Positions 1-12,119 of a stretch of 64,000 bases of DNA are shown here, piece after piece. The stretch spans positions 7,750,001-7,814,000 of the forward strand of contig CM035354.1 of NCBI GenBank assembly GCA_020137815.1, given 5' to 3'. The stretch is from Hormiphora californensis. Its lineage: Eukaryota > Animalia > Ctenophora. Position numbers and translations under genes: made by a program. The notes below the pieces were generated by a model. It worked only from the letters and a program-made list of their open reading frames with translations. It did no database searches and was not told the origin of the DNA. How positions within the stretch are numbered: position 1 is the first letter of the stretch; every line of letters starts with the position of its first letter.

Positions 1-1098
1 CCCGAGACAAGGGTCAATAGGGAATCAGCATGCGAGATGGGTGTTTGAAATAGGGCTCTGTTTTCTATACTAACCCAGATTTGTTGGGGAAGAGTGGTGC
101 AACTAGGACACTAAGAAAGGTCGCCTCCAGAAGCAGGATATCCCATTGGAACCACATGAACGTTCTACCAACCTGGGAGAGGGAGGGTTAGAGTTTGTGG
201 CTCACAAACTTGTTTGAGAGTTAGGGGTTAGGTACATGTTTGTGTGTGAAAGGAAGGGGACGCAAACTTGTGTGAGAGAGGTAGAGGTCTGCTAATCTGA
301 GCATTGTGAAATCTATTGGTCAAGATCTATCAAAAGAGAGTGCTACCTGGTAGACACTGAAATACAGTCCACCAAGAAGAGCGTATGCAGGGCTAACTCG
401 CATAGCGGGGAAGGCAGTCAATAACCCAGCTACCACAATCCCTAGTACACATACCATCTCTGAAGTGGGTATAGTGGGTGTTATATTGATAGATTGAAGT
501 TTCTTTAGAGACAGGTGCCACAAGGGTCCCTCTAATCGGTAACAATAACAAGGTTCTTCCTTCTCTCGCATCCATGTAGAAGGTCAAACAACTTTACGTC
601 ATGACTCATACAATGGGTGTACCAGGTACACACTACACAGTGTGCCATACTGTACTCACCTGCAGTTGCCTGTAAGGGTGTATCCAGAACCTGTGCTATC
701 GTCTTCACACTAAAGCCCCGGGGGGAGGCCTGGTGAGCGGGCATTACTCCACCAATACCATACAACCCTGCAAATAGTAGAGGGAGTCAGTTTAGTATTG
801 TACAACCACCGGACCATTTTCACTTTTCAGTGTAATCTAGTTTGTACAATGATCCTCGCAAGTCTTGTGACATGAAGTTCAATAATCAATCGACAAAATA
901 AGAGGAAGACACGTTACCTGGCCACTGAGTGTAGAGTGAGGCGAATGCAGCGAGGTGGCATAGAGCCATCAGACAGAGGAACCAGTTCTTAACCCTACTG
1001 CTGCTGGGACATGATGGTGGGGGTTCTACCCTTCGTGTCAGGTCACCCTTTTTAGTCTTCTGAGTCTCTTGAGTCTCATCCATAACTTTGACACCCAT
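1..1098 (-). CDS. LMF2: Lipase maturation factor 2-like, 5' exons (gene continues beyond window start)
   Basis: Spliced exons read [10 protein letters not shown]|[11 protein letters not shown] ... LYFSVYQ|[26 protein letters not shown], matching the LMF signature (FASLYxQxPGLYG; FQWDxLLLE). GT/AG boundaries are present. Confidence 0.85.
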
Positions 1099-1435
1099 CC
1101 GCTAGAGAATGGGTGAGGGGTGTTAATTAGAAATGTTTGTGCTAAGATTCAGACTTGATAGTATAGCTGTTAAAATTAATCTCAAATGTACTACTGGAAT
1201 CATAACAAAAAATATTTATTAGTCACACACATACTCACACACATACTCACACTCACACTCACAACCCTTAGAAAACTGAACTATCTTTGAAAGTCTCTGT
1301 GAAGGGACACTGTCAAAGAGAGCCAATATAAAACAGGTACACACAAACACTAGTGAGATGGAAATGATAAACCCTCAAAACCCTTGTTGTGCAAGGGATT
1401 GTCCCACCCTCAACAATACTACAAAACCTATGTTA

Positions 1436-3004
1436 CTAGTAAAGGTTGGTTGGATGCCGAATTGTCACTAAAAACTCGCTAAATGTCGTTATAACGTCAT
1501 GGAGATCAAATGTCTGTAGATTTGTTCTCCACAGTATCTCCTCAGATGTCCTGCCTGTATTGGCATGGGGGAGGACCTTAGCAAAGTTAGTCAGTACAGT
1601 GGCAGGGACGTCCTTCATCTTCAAGGCACGGTTCTGGGAGGGAGACAGATAGTGTTCAAAGTGCTTGTTCTTGATTTCATCCGATATTGGGACCCCTCTA
1701 GTTAGGCTCGGGTAACTGATCTTCCTGTCCTGTTGAGATTGACACATCTCCTGGACAGCACCAGGAGCAGCCGCACACGTGTCATGGGCAGGCTTTATAT
1801 AGACATGGGCAAACAGTTGGACTAGCAACCGTCGTCTTAGCAACCATATAACAATGAGTCGGTAACTGTCAATAGTTTCACGGTCACTAAAACAATCTAA
1901 TATGTCACTGAGGATAGTCCGCTGGGAGAACTTAGCCAGCTCGATGTAGAAATCAAACTTTTTGAATTCCTCCTGAAAGGACCGTGCCATTTCCGGGTAT
2001 TCTGTAACACTGACATGATGTGATACCATGTATTCATTGGTCGTTACAATGGGGAAGATGATGATAGCTTTCCGCCACTGTACCAGTGCAACCACTATCC
2101 TACAGACCTCCTGGAAGTCAATATCTATACTCAGGGCGATGTCTTTCAGGCTTCTGAAGTAGGGTTTGGGAAGGTCAAGGAGCATTATCAAGGAGGGACA
2201 ACTATCACAGTTTAGAGACTCCTTGATGTCTTTAGGGGACTCCAGAAGTACAAATGTTTCAAATGGAGCCACCGCTGTTCTTGTGGCTGTGCTGACCGTG
2301 TCAGGACCGGTCTGGAGAAAGAAACTGAAGTTGATGGTGTTGTTGATCAGGATCTTAGCAGAGCGGTGGGTCTTGATGTCATCATATACACTTTTCAACA
2401 CTATCGCCAGGTCGATCTGGCACCCTACCATCCTATCAAATGGGCAGTGCTCTGTTATAACTTGTTTAGAATCATCCACTTTCAGGACATCAATATTCTC
2501 CTGCCCAGGGATGTCCTCCTCGCTGTATATCTGGTCAATAACTTTGAGGTTCTCTGTCAGGTAACTACACGTCCTCTCTTCATAGGAGAGTGCCACTGAC
2601 ATCCTGGTAGATAGGGCCAGGAGGGACTCCACAATGGATCTGGGTATATTCCTCTCTACGACAAACACTACGTTATACTTGTAGGTGCTCTCCGTCCCTG
2701 CCATGAAGGGGTATCCAATAAAGAGCAGTGAATCAACTGATACAACCATCTTCCTGCCGCATGCATCACTAGATTTAGGGATCAGAAGGCCCTGGAGAGA
2801 TGAGTCACGGAGGTCATCCAGCAGGTCTTTACTGGTCTGTATCTTGGGTGGGGGCTGGTTACCTCGGGGGAATATACCAGCAGAGATGGTCCTGTCTTCA
2901 TTCCTGTTGTCCACATCGTGTGGGTATCTGAAGTATACCTTGGGTCCCTTCATTGCGTTAACTACAAAGATAACGGAGAGGAATCTGTCCAATTCTGCTG
3001 ACAT
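1436..3004 (-). CDS. NPRL3: GATOR1 subunit NPRL3-like, single exon, 522 aa
   Basis: N-terminal IFVV..KGPKVYFRYP longin motif, ALSYEERTCSYL, LVQWRKAIIIFPI and WLLRRRLLVQL, all resembling NPRL3. Confidence 0.85.
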   Translation of the reverse strand: MSAELDRFLSVIFVVNAMKGPKVYFRYPHDVDNRNEDRTISAGIFPRGNQPPPKIQTSKDLLDDLRDSSLQGLLIPKSSDACGRKMVVSVDSLLFIGYPFMAGTESTYKYNVVFVVERNIPRSIVESLLALSTRMSVALSYEERTCSYLTENLKVIDQIYSEEDIPGQENIDVLKVDDSKQVITEHCPFDRMVGCQIDLAIVLKSVYDDIKTHRSAKILINNTINFSFFLQTGPDTVSTATRTAVAPFETFVLLESPKDIKESLNCDSCPSLIMLLDLPKPYFRSLKDIALSIDIDFQEVCRIVVALVQWRKAIIIFPIVTTNEYMVSHHVSVTEYPEMARSFQEEFKKFDFYIELAKFSQRTILSDILDCFSDRETIDSYRLIVIWLLRRRLLVQLFAHVYIKPAHDTCAAAPGAVQEMCQSQQDRKISYPSLTRGVPISDEIKNKHFEHYLSPSQNRALKMKDVPATVLTNFAKVLPHANTGRTSEEILWRTNLQTFDLHDVITTFSEFLVTIRHPTNLY

Positions 3005-3247
3005 GATGATGGTATCTAGAGGCTGACCGTGGTGATGGAGAGAGTTAGATGCAGGTGTTGGTGTTGGGAAGAGGGATAATTCTGGAGTTGATCTACATCC
3101 TATGGAGAGGGATAGGGGTTAACAGTTTAACTTGGATTACAGGGTGATGGCACCGAACTTCGATTACCAAAACGTTAATAAAACACCAAGTAGTTTATGG
3201 AAATGGGGTATCAATTAAAAGCAATAAAGTACAAAAATATTAAAATT

Positions 3248-6200
3248 CTAAACCCCTTTTCTTTCACCAAGAACAGCTAATCTAAACTTTACTAAATCCA
3301 ACCGACACAAGGCGACCTCTACCGCTGTATCACGTTCCTTTTGAGATGGCTCCTTGACCATCTCGCCCAATACCGACACACTCATCTCGCCCTGGCCTTG
3401 AGAGGGTGGCGGAGGGGAGCTCTTTGGAGCCCTTAGTTCCATCTCCTTTAGTTGTACCAGACCTTCTACTGTTTTAACAAACCCTGCAGAGGTATCAGAG
3501 GGAAGGAGGTAGAGAAGGGAGAGGGTTGCTAACAGTTTACTGCTTGCCTCCAACACATCAAAAGGCTCTTCACTCAGGATAAAAGATAAGATTCGTTTTG
3601 ATACCGCCCGATCTAGCACACTCTTTTGTTTGGTTATCACACCCCTAAACTGATCAATGAAAAACCCAGAAATATCGGGGGATGAATCAGATATGAATCG
3701 TTCACACATTTTCAGGAGGGTGGATGTTTTCAGTTTACTAAGAATCACCCGTGCAGTCCTAACTCCCTGTTGTCTGACCGCCTCACTGGGATTACTGACC
3801 CCCATCTCCAGAATCCGTCTAACAACATCCTCCAGATCAGTCTCAGAGGTGTTAGGAGGGGAGTCAGAGGAGGGTAGGGAGGTTAGAGTTTTGGAGAAGT
3901 GGTGGACAACATCTAGGGCTTGGTGGGAGGACTCCTCGTGAGCTGGGTGGTTAGAAAAGAAAGAGAGTAGCCAGGGGAGGGTAGTTTTAAAGAGATAGGA
4001 TGGACTATAAACTAGGGGCATATGGTCCGGGATGGAGTTAACCACTATAACAGAAACAACATCATCATCTCCATTATCTGATGTGAAACAGTTCCTCAGC
4101 ACACTCGCCAAGTCAAGTTGAAACTTGGGAAGAATGCCCATAACAGCAGGTGACAATTTAGGTTCTGTTTGCCGGATAATATACCGCAATACCTCCCTGA
4201 ATTCTTCAACACACGAACTTTTCAAATCAAACGTCCGTAAACACTCCATTAGAGAGTTGTGAACAGGGTCCAATACAACTTTATCTTGGCACTGGGAACA
4301 TATCTCACTCTCCCGTAGTACCCGGGGTAGGGTCTCAGCGAGCCAGGCACTGTTGTATGGTAGGGTGAGGTCGAACAGAGGGAGGAGGATGGGGAGTGAG
4401 AACAGACAGCAGGGTGAGAGTGAGAGTTGTTCACAGCACACCAATACTATCTCCTTGTTGGGACAGGACTCTCTGATAGTAGCTATTATTGGCGTGTGGT
4501 AGACAGGATCAAAGGTGGGGTGGAGCTTTCTCAGTACTGGTATCAAGTCCATTGTAAGATCGTTTAGAGTGCTGCCGGTATTTTTCTTTACAAATATTCC
4601 CAACTCTGTCAGATCCATACATGACTCTGAAAAAAGAGATGTGTTATTATATGGGATTTATGACCTGAACGTGGATTTAACCCTCCTAATCTCTAAGAAA
4701 TATTCCCACCTTAACACCCCTAATCTCTAAGAAACATTCCCACCTTAACCCCCCTAATCTCTAAGAAACATTCCCACCTTAACCACCCTAATCTCTAAGA
4801 AACATTCCCATTTGACCCACCTTATCTCTAAGAAACATTCCCATTTTGACCCACCTTATCTCTAAGAAACTTTTCCATTTTGACCCACCTTATCTCTAAG
4901 AAACATTCCCATTTTGACCCACCTTATCTCTAAGAAACTTTTCCATTTTGACCCACCTTATCTCTTAGAAACTTTTCCATTTTAACCCACCTTATCTCTA
5001 AGAAACATTCCCATTTTGACCCACCTTATCTCTAAGAAACTTTTCCATTTTGACCCACCTTATCTCTAAGAAACATTCCCATTTTGACCCACCTTATCTC
5101 TAAGAAACTTTTCCATTTTGACCCACCTTATCTCTAAGAAACATTCCCATTTTGACCCACCTTATCTCTAAGAAACATTCCCATTTTGACCCACCTTATC
5201 TCTAAGAAACTTTTCCATTTTAACCCACCTTATCTCTAAGAAACTTTTCCATTTTAACCCTCCTTATCTCTAAGAAACTTTTCCATTTTAACCCACCTTA
5301 TCTCTAAGAAACTTTTCCATTTTAACCCGCGTTATCTCTAAGAAACATTCCCATTTTGACCCACCTGATCTCTAAGAAACTTTTCCATTTTGACCCACCT
5401 TATCTCTAAGAAACTTTTCCATTTTGACCCACCTTATCTCTAAGAAACATTCCCATTTTGACCCACCTTATCTCTAAGAAACTTTTCCATTTTGACCCAA
5501 CTTATCTCTAAGAAACATTCCCATTTTAACCCACCTTATCTCTAAGAAAATTTTCCATTTTGACCCACCTTATCTCTAAGAAACATTCCAATTTTGACCC
5601 ACCTTATCTCTAAGAAACTTTTCCATTTTAACCCACCTTATCTCTAAGAAACTTTTCCATTTTATCCCACCTTATCTCTAAGAAACATTCCCATTTTGAC
5701 CCACCTTATCTCTAAGAAACATTCCCATTTTAACCCACCTTATCTCTAAGAAACTTTTCCATTTTGACCCACCTTATCTCTAAGAAACATTCCCATTTTG
5801 ACCCACCTTATCTCTAAGAAACATTCCCATTTTAACCCACCTTATCTCTAAGAAACATTCCCATTTTGACCCACCTTATCATATCTCTAAGAAACATTCA
5901 CATTTTGACCCACCTTATCTCTAAGAAATATTCCCATTTTAACCCACCTTATCTCTAAGAAACATTCCCATTTTAACCCACCTTATCTCTAAGAAACTTT
6001 TCCATTTTAACCCACCTTATCTCTAAGAAACATTCCCATTTTAACCCACCTTATCTCTAAGAAACTTTTCCATTTTAACCCACCTTATCTCTAAGAAACT
6101 TTTCCATTTTGACCCACCTTATCTCTAAGAAACTTTTCCATTTTAACCCACCTTATCTCTAAGAAACTTTTCCATTTTAACTCACCTTATCTCTAAGAAA

Positions 6201-8217
6201 CTTTTCCATTTTGACCCACCTTATTTCTAAGAAACTTTTCCATTTTAACCCACCTTATCTCTAAGAAACTTTTCCATTTTAACCCACCTTATCTCTAAGA
6301 AACTTTTCCATTTGACCCACCTTATCTCTAAGAAACTTTTCCATTTTAACCCACCTTATCTCTAAGAAACTTTTCCATTTTAACCCACCTTATCTCTAAG
6401 AAACTTTTCCATTTTAACTCACCTTATCTCTAAGAAACTTTTCCATTTTGACCCACCTTATTTCTAAGAAACTTTTCCATTTTAACCCACCTTATCTCTA
6501 AGAAACTTTTCCATTTTAACCCACCTTATCTCTAAGAAACTTTTCCATTTGACCCACCTTATCTCTAAGAAACTTTTCCATTTTAACCCACCTTATCTCT
6601 AAGAAACTTTTCCATTTTAACCCACCTTATCTCTAAGAAACTTTTCCATTTTAACCCACCTTATCTCTAAGAAACTTTTCCATTTTACCCACCTTATCTC
6701 TAAGAAACTTTTCCATTTTAACCCACCTTATCTCTAAGAAACTTTTCCATTTTAACCCACCTTATCTCTAAGAAACTTTTCCATTTTAACCCACCTTATC
6801 TCTAAGAAACTTTTCCATTTTGACCCACCTTATTTCTAAGAAACTTTTCCATTTTAACCCACCTTATCTCTAAGAAACTTTTCCATTTTGACCCACCTTA
6901 TTTCTAAGAAACTTTTCCATTTTAACCCACCTTATATCTAAGAAACTTTTCCATTTTAACCCACCTTATCTCTAAGAAACTTTTCCATTTTAACCCATCT
7001 TATCTCTAAGAAACTTTTCCATTTTAACCCACCTTATCTCTAAGAAACTTTTCCATTTTGACCCACCTTATTTCTAAGAAACTTTTCCATTTTAACCCAC
7101 CTTATCTCTAAGAAACTTTTCCATTTTGACCCACCTTATTTCTAAGAAACTTTTCCATTTTAACCCACCTTATATCTAAGAAACTTTTCCATTTTAACCC
7201 ACCTTATCTCTAAGAAACATTCCCATTTTGACCCACCTTATCTCTAAGAAACTTTTCCATTTTAACCCACCTTATCTCTAAGAAACTTTTCCATTTTAAC
7301 CCACCTTATCTCTAAGAAACTTTTCCATTTTAACCCACCTTATCTCTAAGAAACTTTTCCATTTTAACTCACCTTATCTCTAAGAAACTTTTCCATTTTA
7401 ACCCACCTTATCTCTAAGAAACTTTTCCATTTTAACCCAACTTATCTCTAAGAAACTTCTCCATTTTAACCCACCTTATCTCTAAGAAACTTTTCCATTT
7501 TGACCCACCTTATCTCTAAGAAACATTCCCATTTTGACCTACCATACAGTGCTGCTTGTAGTGGGAATACGGTGTCTGAATAATACGGTATTTGACCATT
7601 ACGGTTTCTGAAATACATATGTATTTGAAATACATATATATTTCGGTGTCACGTGTTGTCAACCTGGCGCTCTGATTGGTCTCGTATTACCGTTTTTCAC
7701 TGATACCGTGTTGAACTGATACTGTATTCTCACTACAAGCACCCATGTTATCTCTAAGAAACATTCCCATTTTGACCCACCTTATCTCTAAGAAACTTTT
7801 CCATTTTGACCCAACTTATCTCTAAGAAACATTCCCATTTTAACTCACCTTATCTCTAAGAAACTTTTCCATTTTAACCCACCTTATCTCTAAGAAACTT
7901 TTCCATTTTAACCCAACTTATCTCTAAGAAACTTCTCCATTTTAACCCACCTTATCTCTAAGAAACTTTTCCGTTTTAACCCACCTTATCTCTTAGAAAC
8001 TGTACCAAACCCCTGCCCCGTCATATCAATCCCAGTAAATCGAGACCGTGATAATGATATTGGTTACGAAGTTACCCCTTGCCAGCGCGCGCGAAGGTCG
8101 CCTGGCGACCTCTTTAGAGGGGTTATTTCGTAACCAACCTAGCTTGAGAAGAGGTAGGTCTGTGTTGATATCTGTAGATATGATATCAGTAGGCTCTTCC
8201 TCTGCTGCAGAAGCCAT
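3248..8217 (-). CDS. GLMN: Glomulin-like; exon 1 8217-8139, exon 2 4626-3248
   Basis: C-terminal motifs (NPSEAVRQQG..IL; SGFFIDQFR; DVLEASSKLLATLSLL; ALCRLDLVKFRL) resemble glomulin/ALF4. Exon 1 MASAAEEEPT...LKL ends in phase 1 at a GTTGGT donor and joins the ttttttcag acceptor in frame (G|AG TCA TGT ATG). Confidence 0.75.
4670..7998. repeat. 34-bp tandem satellite (about 90 copies), consensus ACCCACCTTATCTCTAAGAAACTTTTCCATTTTA, inside glomulin intron 1
   Basis: Directly visible. Variants are ACATTCCC/ACTTTTCC and TTTTGA/TTTTAA. There are no unique spacers. Confidence 0.97.
7545..7747. mobile_element. About 200-bp MITE-like insertion interrupting the satellite
   Basis: Imperfect inverted ends GCTTGTAGTGGGAATACGGT / ACTGTATTCTCACTACAAGC. 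No clear TSD. Confidence 0.6.
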
Positions 8218-8338
8218 GATCCAGATCACTATGGGTTGAGGTTAGTAGCTTTTGGATGTCAATAGAAACGAAGGAATCAACGAATCCAACAATCAAACAT
8301 CTAAAAACAAAAATTGATTTTAAAAGACACACACAAGA

Positions 8339-9380
8339 TTACTCTTTTTTGGCCATAACAATTTGGAAGGTAATCTTCCCGTCCCTCACAAACTCCTCCC
8401 TTGCTTTGAAGAACATTGGGTCAGGTCCCTCCAGTTTGAACTCGGTTACCTTGCCCTTCTTAGCGATATTGCACTTGATACAGTGTGAATCTAGATCCTC
8501 CCCACCACTATATACCAGTCCATTCCTCCTCAGTGCCGCCTCCATCTCCTCCCTAGACAGGACTGTGTTCATGGAGTTGAGCCGCATGAACTCCGCTACT
8601 TCCTCTAGAGGGACCTTCCTCAGGAAGTCAGTGGTAACCAGGACACCAGAACCAGGTTCCAGAACCCCGCTCACTTCTTTTAACACATCATCTATTCGGT
8701 GGTGAGCATAGAATATGGAGGTTTGCATGACAACATGGGTGAATGGAGCGAGGGATTTGACTGCCTCAGGGATCTCATAATATGATCCACAGTGAAACTC
8801 TGCCCTAATATCTGGATACCTCTCCTTATAGGAGGCTAGGTATTGATTGGCCCTCTCTACATGCCCATCAGCCAGATCGACCCCCACAACTGTAGCACCT
8901 GTAGTGGCCGCTATATCAAGTGCAGGGGCTCCCTTCCCACACCCTAGATCCAGTACCTTAGAGGTGGCAGTGATGGAAGAGATCTCGGCTAACCGGGCCG
9001 TCATGTTCCTAGCACTCTCCCCAACCGTCTCTGTGCCGGTGCGGTAGTAGCCGATTGTGATGTAGCCTGTATCATCAAACATGATGTCCATAGCATCTGT
9101 AGTACAAAGAGGGGGTTGGAAATGAAACTACACAGACTATCTTATCTATCTGCTGTCTTATCTATCTGCTGTCTTATCTATCTGGGCTGACAACACCATA
9201 CAACCCGCATCCTACCCAACACAAAGTACCAATTCCATTCTCTAACCCCCCCCCCCCTCAATTTACCCTATTTTGTCCGGTAGCAACCCAAACTAACTTA
9301 CTAGTGAACTTACTACTTCCGGCTCGCATGTTCCATTTCGTTCTCAAAGCATCCAAACGTTCCTGGTCAGTAGTTGCCAT
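8339..9380 (-). CDS. Class I SAM-dependent methyltransferase, copy 1 (sarcosine/dimethylglycine- or tocopherol-MT-like); exons 9380-9302 and 9096-8339
   Basis: Motif I VLDLGCGKG and VVGVDL. Exon 1 MATTDQERLDALRTKWN... joins in phase 1. Confidence 0.8.
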
Positions 9381-9921
9381 GGTTTCTGAAATTAATTGAT
9401 TTCAACAGAATGAAAATATTTCAGTTCCAGAGAGTTATAGAATTGCTGTATCGTTAATTTTGTATCAACAACTTACCAAGATGCAGGGTGATGTTCAGGA
9501 CTTTATCAGATGATCAAGCAGTCATTGCTGTACAAATAATTCAATGGGGTTAAGGTATCTAATATCATATAAGTTATTTCAGGGCGAGGAGCTATGTTTA
9601 TGAGACTTAGCACAAGGAGGAGGATGTTAGTGCCTCGCCCTACAAAGAATTTGGAGACTTGGGAAATTAAAACGACAACACATAAAGAAATCTGAAACTA
9701 ATAAAATGGTATTTACAAAATACTATCATACAATACAACTAAAAAGGAGTACAAATAAACTCTTAAAAAACTAAAACTTGAATTTACAAACTTAAAATAG
9801 CATACGTTTAATATCTCCATTACCATACAAATACAACAAAATTTACACACTATTTACACACTAAATAAAATCAGTCACCGAGCTGACTACCTATCGATAC
9901 GATAAATACCCAGAGTGAACC

Positions 9922-10916
9922 TCAAATCTCTGCCGGTGCATCTTTCCTTGCCATTACAATCTGAAAGGACACCTTCCCATCGCGAACAGAGTCAGCCCTA
10001 ACCCTAAAGAACTGAGGGTTAGACCCCTCTATCTTCAGCTCCTCAACTTTATTCATCTTGGCGGTGTTGCACTTTATGTAGTGGGTATCAAGGTTCTCTC
10101 CCCCACAATATACCATCCCATTTCGTTTCAAAGCAGCCTCCATCTCCCCCTTGCTGAGGACTGTCTTCATGTTCATGAACTGTAGCAAGTCAGTCACATC
10201 CTCTAAAGGTGCTATTCGTTGGAAATCAGTGGTAACCAGGACACCAGAACCAAGTTCCAGAACCCCGCTTACTTCTTTTAATATCTCATCGATACGATGG
10301 TGTCCATAGAATATGGAGGTTTGCATGACAACATGGGTGAATGGAGCGAGGGATTTGACTGCCTCAGGGATCTCATAATACGATCCACAGTGAAACTCTG
10401 CCCTAATATCTGGATACCTCTCCTTATAAGAGGCAAGATATTGATTATTTGCTTGTTTAATAAGCCCTTCAGATAGATCCACCCCGACCACGGTGGATCC
10501 AGTAGTAGCAGCTATGTCAAGGGTAGGAGCCCCCGTACCACACCCTAGATCCAGTACTTTGGAGGAGCTTGTAATGTTCGAGATCTCTACTAACCGGGCC
10601 GTCATGTTCCTAGCGCTCTCCCCAACTGTCTCAGATCCGGTACGGTAGTAACCAGATGTCATGTAGCCTGTATCATCAAACATCGCCTTCATAGCATCTG
10701 CAGAACATGAGATTTGTATTGGAACTGAATTGTAAGTTATCACTCCATTATTCTAGTCAAAGAGTACCTCAACATTGTCCTACTTGACCCTATTTCCCCG
10801 CACCCCGGAGGGTTAGAACATAATAACCCCAACTAACCGGTGAATGTGGAACTCTCTGCTCTTCCGTTCCACTTAGTTTTCAGTTCCTTAACATGATCTT
10901 CATCATTCGTAGCCAT
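9922..10916 (-). CDS. Class I SAM-dependent methyltransferase, copy 2 (tandem paralog; an alternative in-frame ATG lies at 10937)
   Basis: VLDLGCGTG. Same intron position as copy 1. Exon 1 is MATNDEDHVKELKTKWN... Confidence 0.8.
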
Positions 10917-11115
10917 GGCAACCAATTCAGTCTTCATCAATCTTCAAATCTGTGAGCATTTAAAATTGGGTAAAATTAGGGTAAAATTGCTGCTAAATTT
11001 AACACGTTACTTAATTTAACTTTCAGTTTCAACACCTTAACGCTATAAAATTCAGATCATGGTAAATTTGACAGATGTTTGTGATCCTTAGCCTAAATTT
11101 CAGATAGAAATTGAG

Positions 11116-11192
<77 letters not shown>

Positions 11193-11250
11193 TACTGTAG
11201 AAGAAATCGATAGAGGTCTCGATAGCAGTCGCTGCACCTGGTGTCTTGCA

Positions 11251-11337
11251 TTATATATTGTAGCGTCAACATTTATTAGAGGAGGCAGTTATACTATAAC
11301 TGCCTCCTCTAATAAATGTTGACGCTACAATATATAA
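11251..11337. repeat. Perfect palindrome, 43-bp arms with a 1-nt loop
   Basis: TTATATATTGTAGCGTCAACATTTATTAGAGGAGGCAGTTATA-C-exact reverse complement. Confidence 0.95.
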
Positions 11338-11895
11338 CTTATAGGAACAGGATACAAAGTATGATTTCTCTCTCTCGAGTGTCACCCTCCACTGATCTCA
11401 GGGGCACAAAGGTCCGGCAATATCGCCCAGGCACTCTGTAGATAGATAGGGGCACAAAGGAGTTCTTGGTAGCTGGTGATGGGGCCCGGGAGAGGGGGCA
11501 CTCTAGCAGCTGTATGCAAGCTCAATCTCAGTCACCAATGTCAGGCGGCTTTTTACGTTCATTACAAGTTCCTTCTTTTCTGTCAGAGTAGTACAGCTGT
11601 CATACAGCTGTTAGAGTATTTTGTTTTGATGTTCCAGAGAGGGATGGGGGAGGGGTTTCAGTGGTATTTGTTTCAGATCTGGTGCATTAGTTATCGATCC
11701 CTCTCTCTATCGCTTCTGACACTAACTCTGTTCCCTTTTCTCCGTTTCGCACATTTTTCTGAGATTCGTTTAACCATGAGACGGGGACATGTGAGCCAGG
11801 TGGATAAACGATGAGACCATCTAGGTTCTATATATCTTTCTCTCACTCTCCTCTCTCCCCCTAACTCTCTTTTGTTCGACGTTCTCTTCCCCTAA

Positions 11896-12020
<125 letters not shown>

Positions 12021-12119
12021 ATTTCTTTAACTTTTCCCATTCTTTGTTCTGAGGGAGCTAATGACAGACCACGTAACCTGAACTACAAGTTTCATTAATA
12101 TTTGACGCGTTCAATAGCC

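Noticed and set aside
4670-7998. CRISPR-like array (34-bp period)
   Set aside because: Units are contiguous with no unique spacers, there are no cas genes, and the context is a eukaryotic intron.
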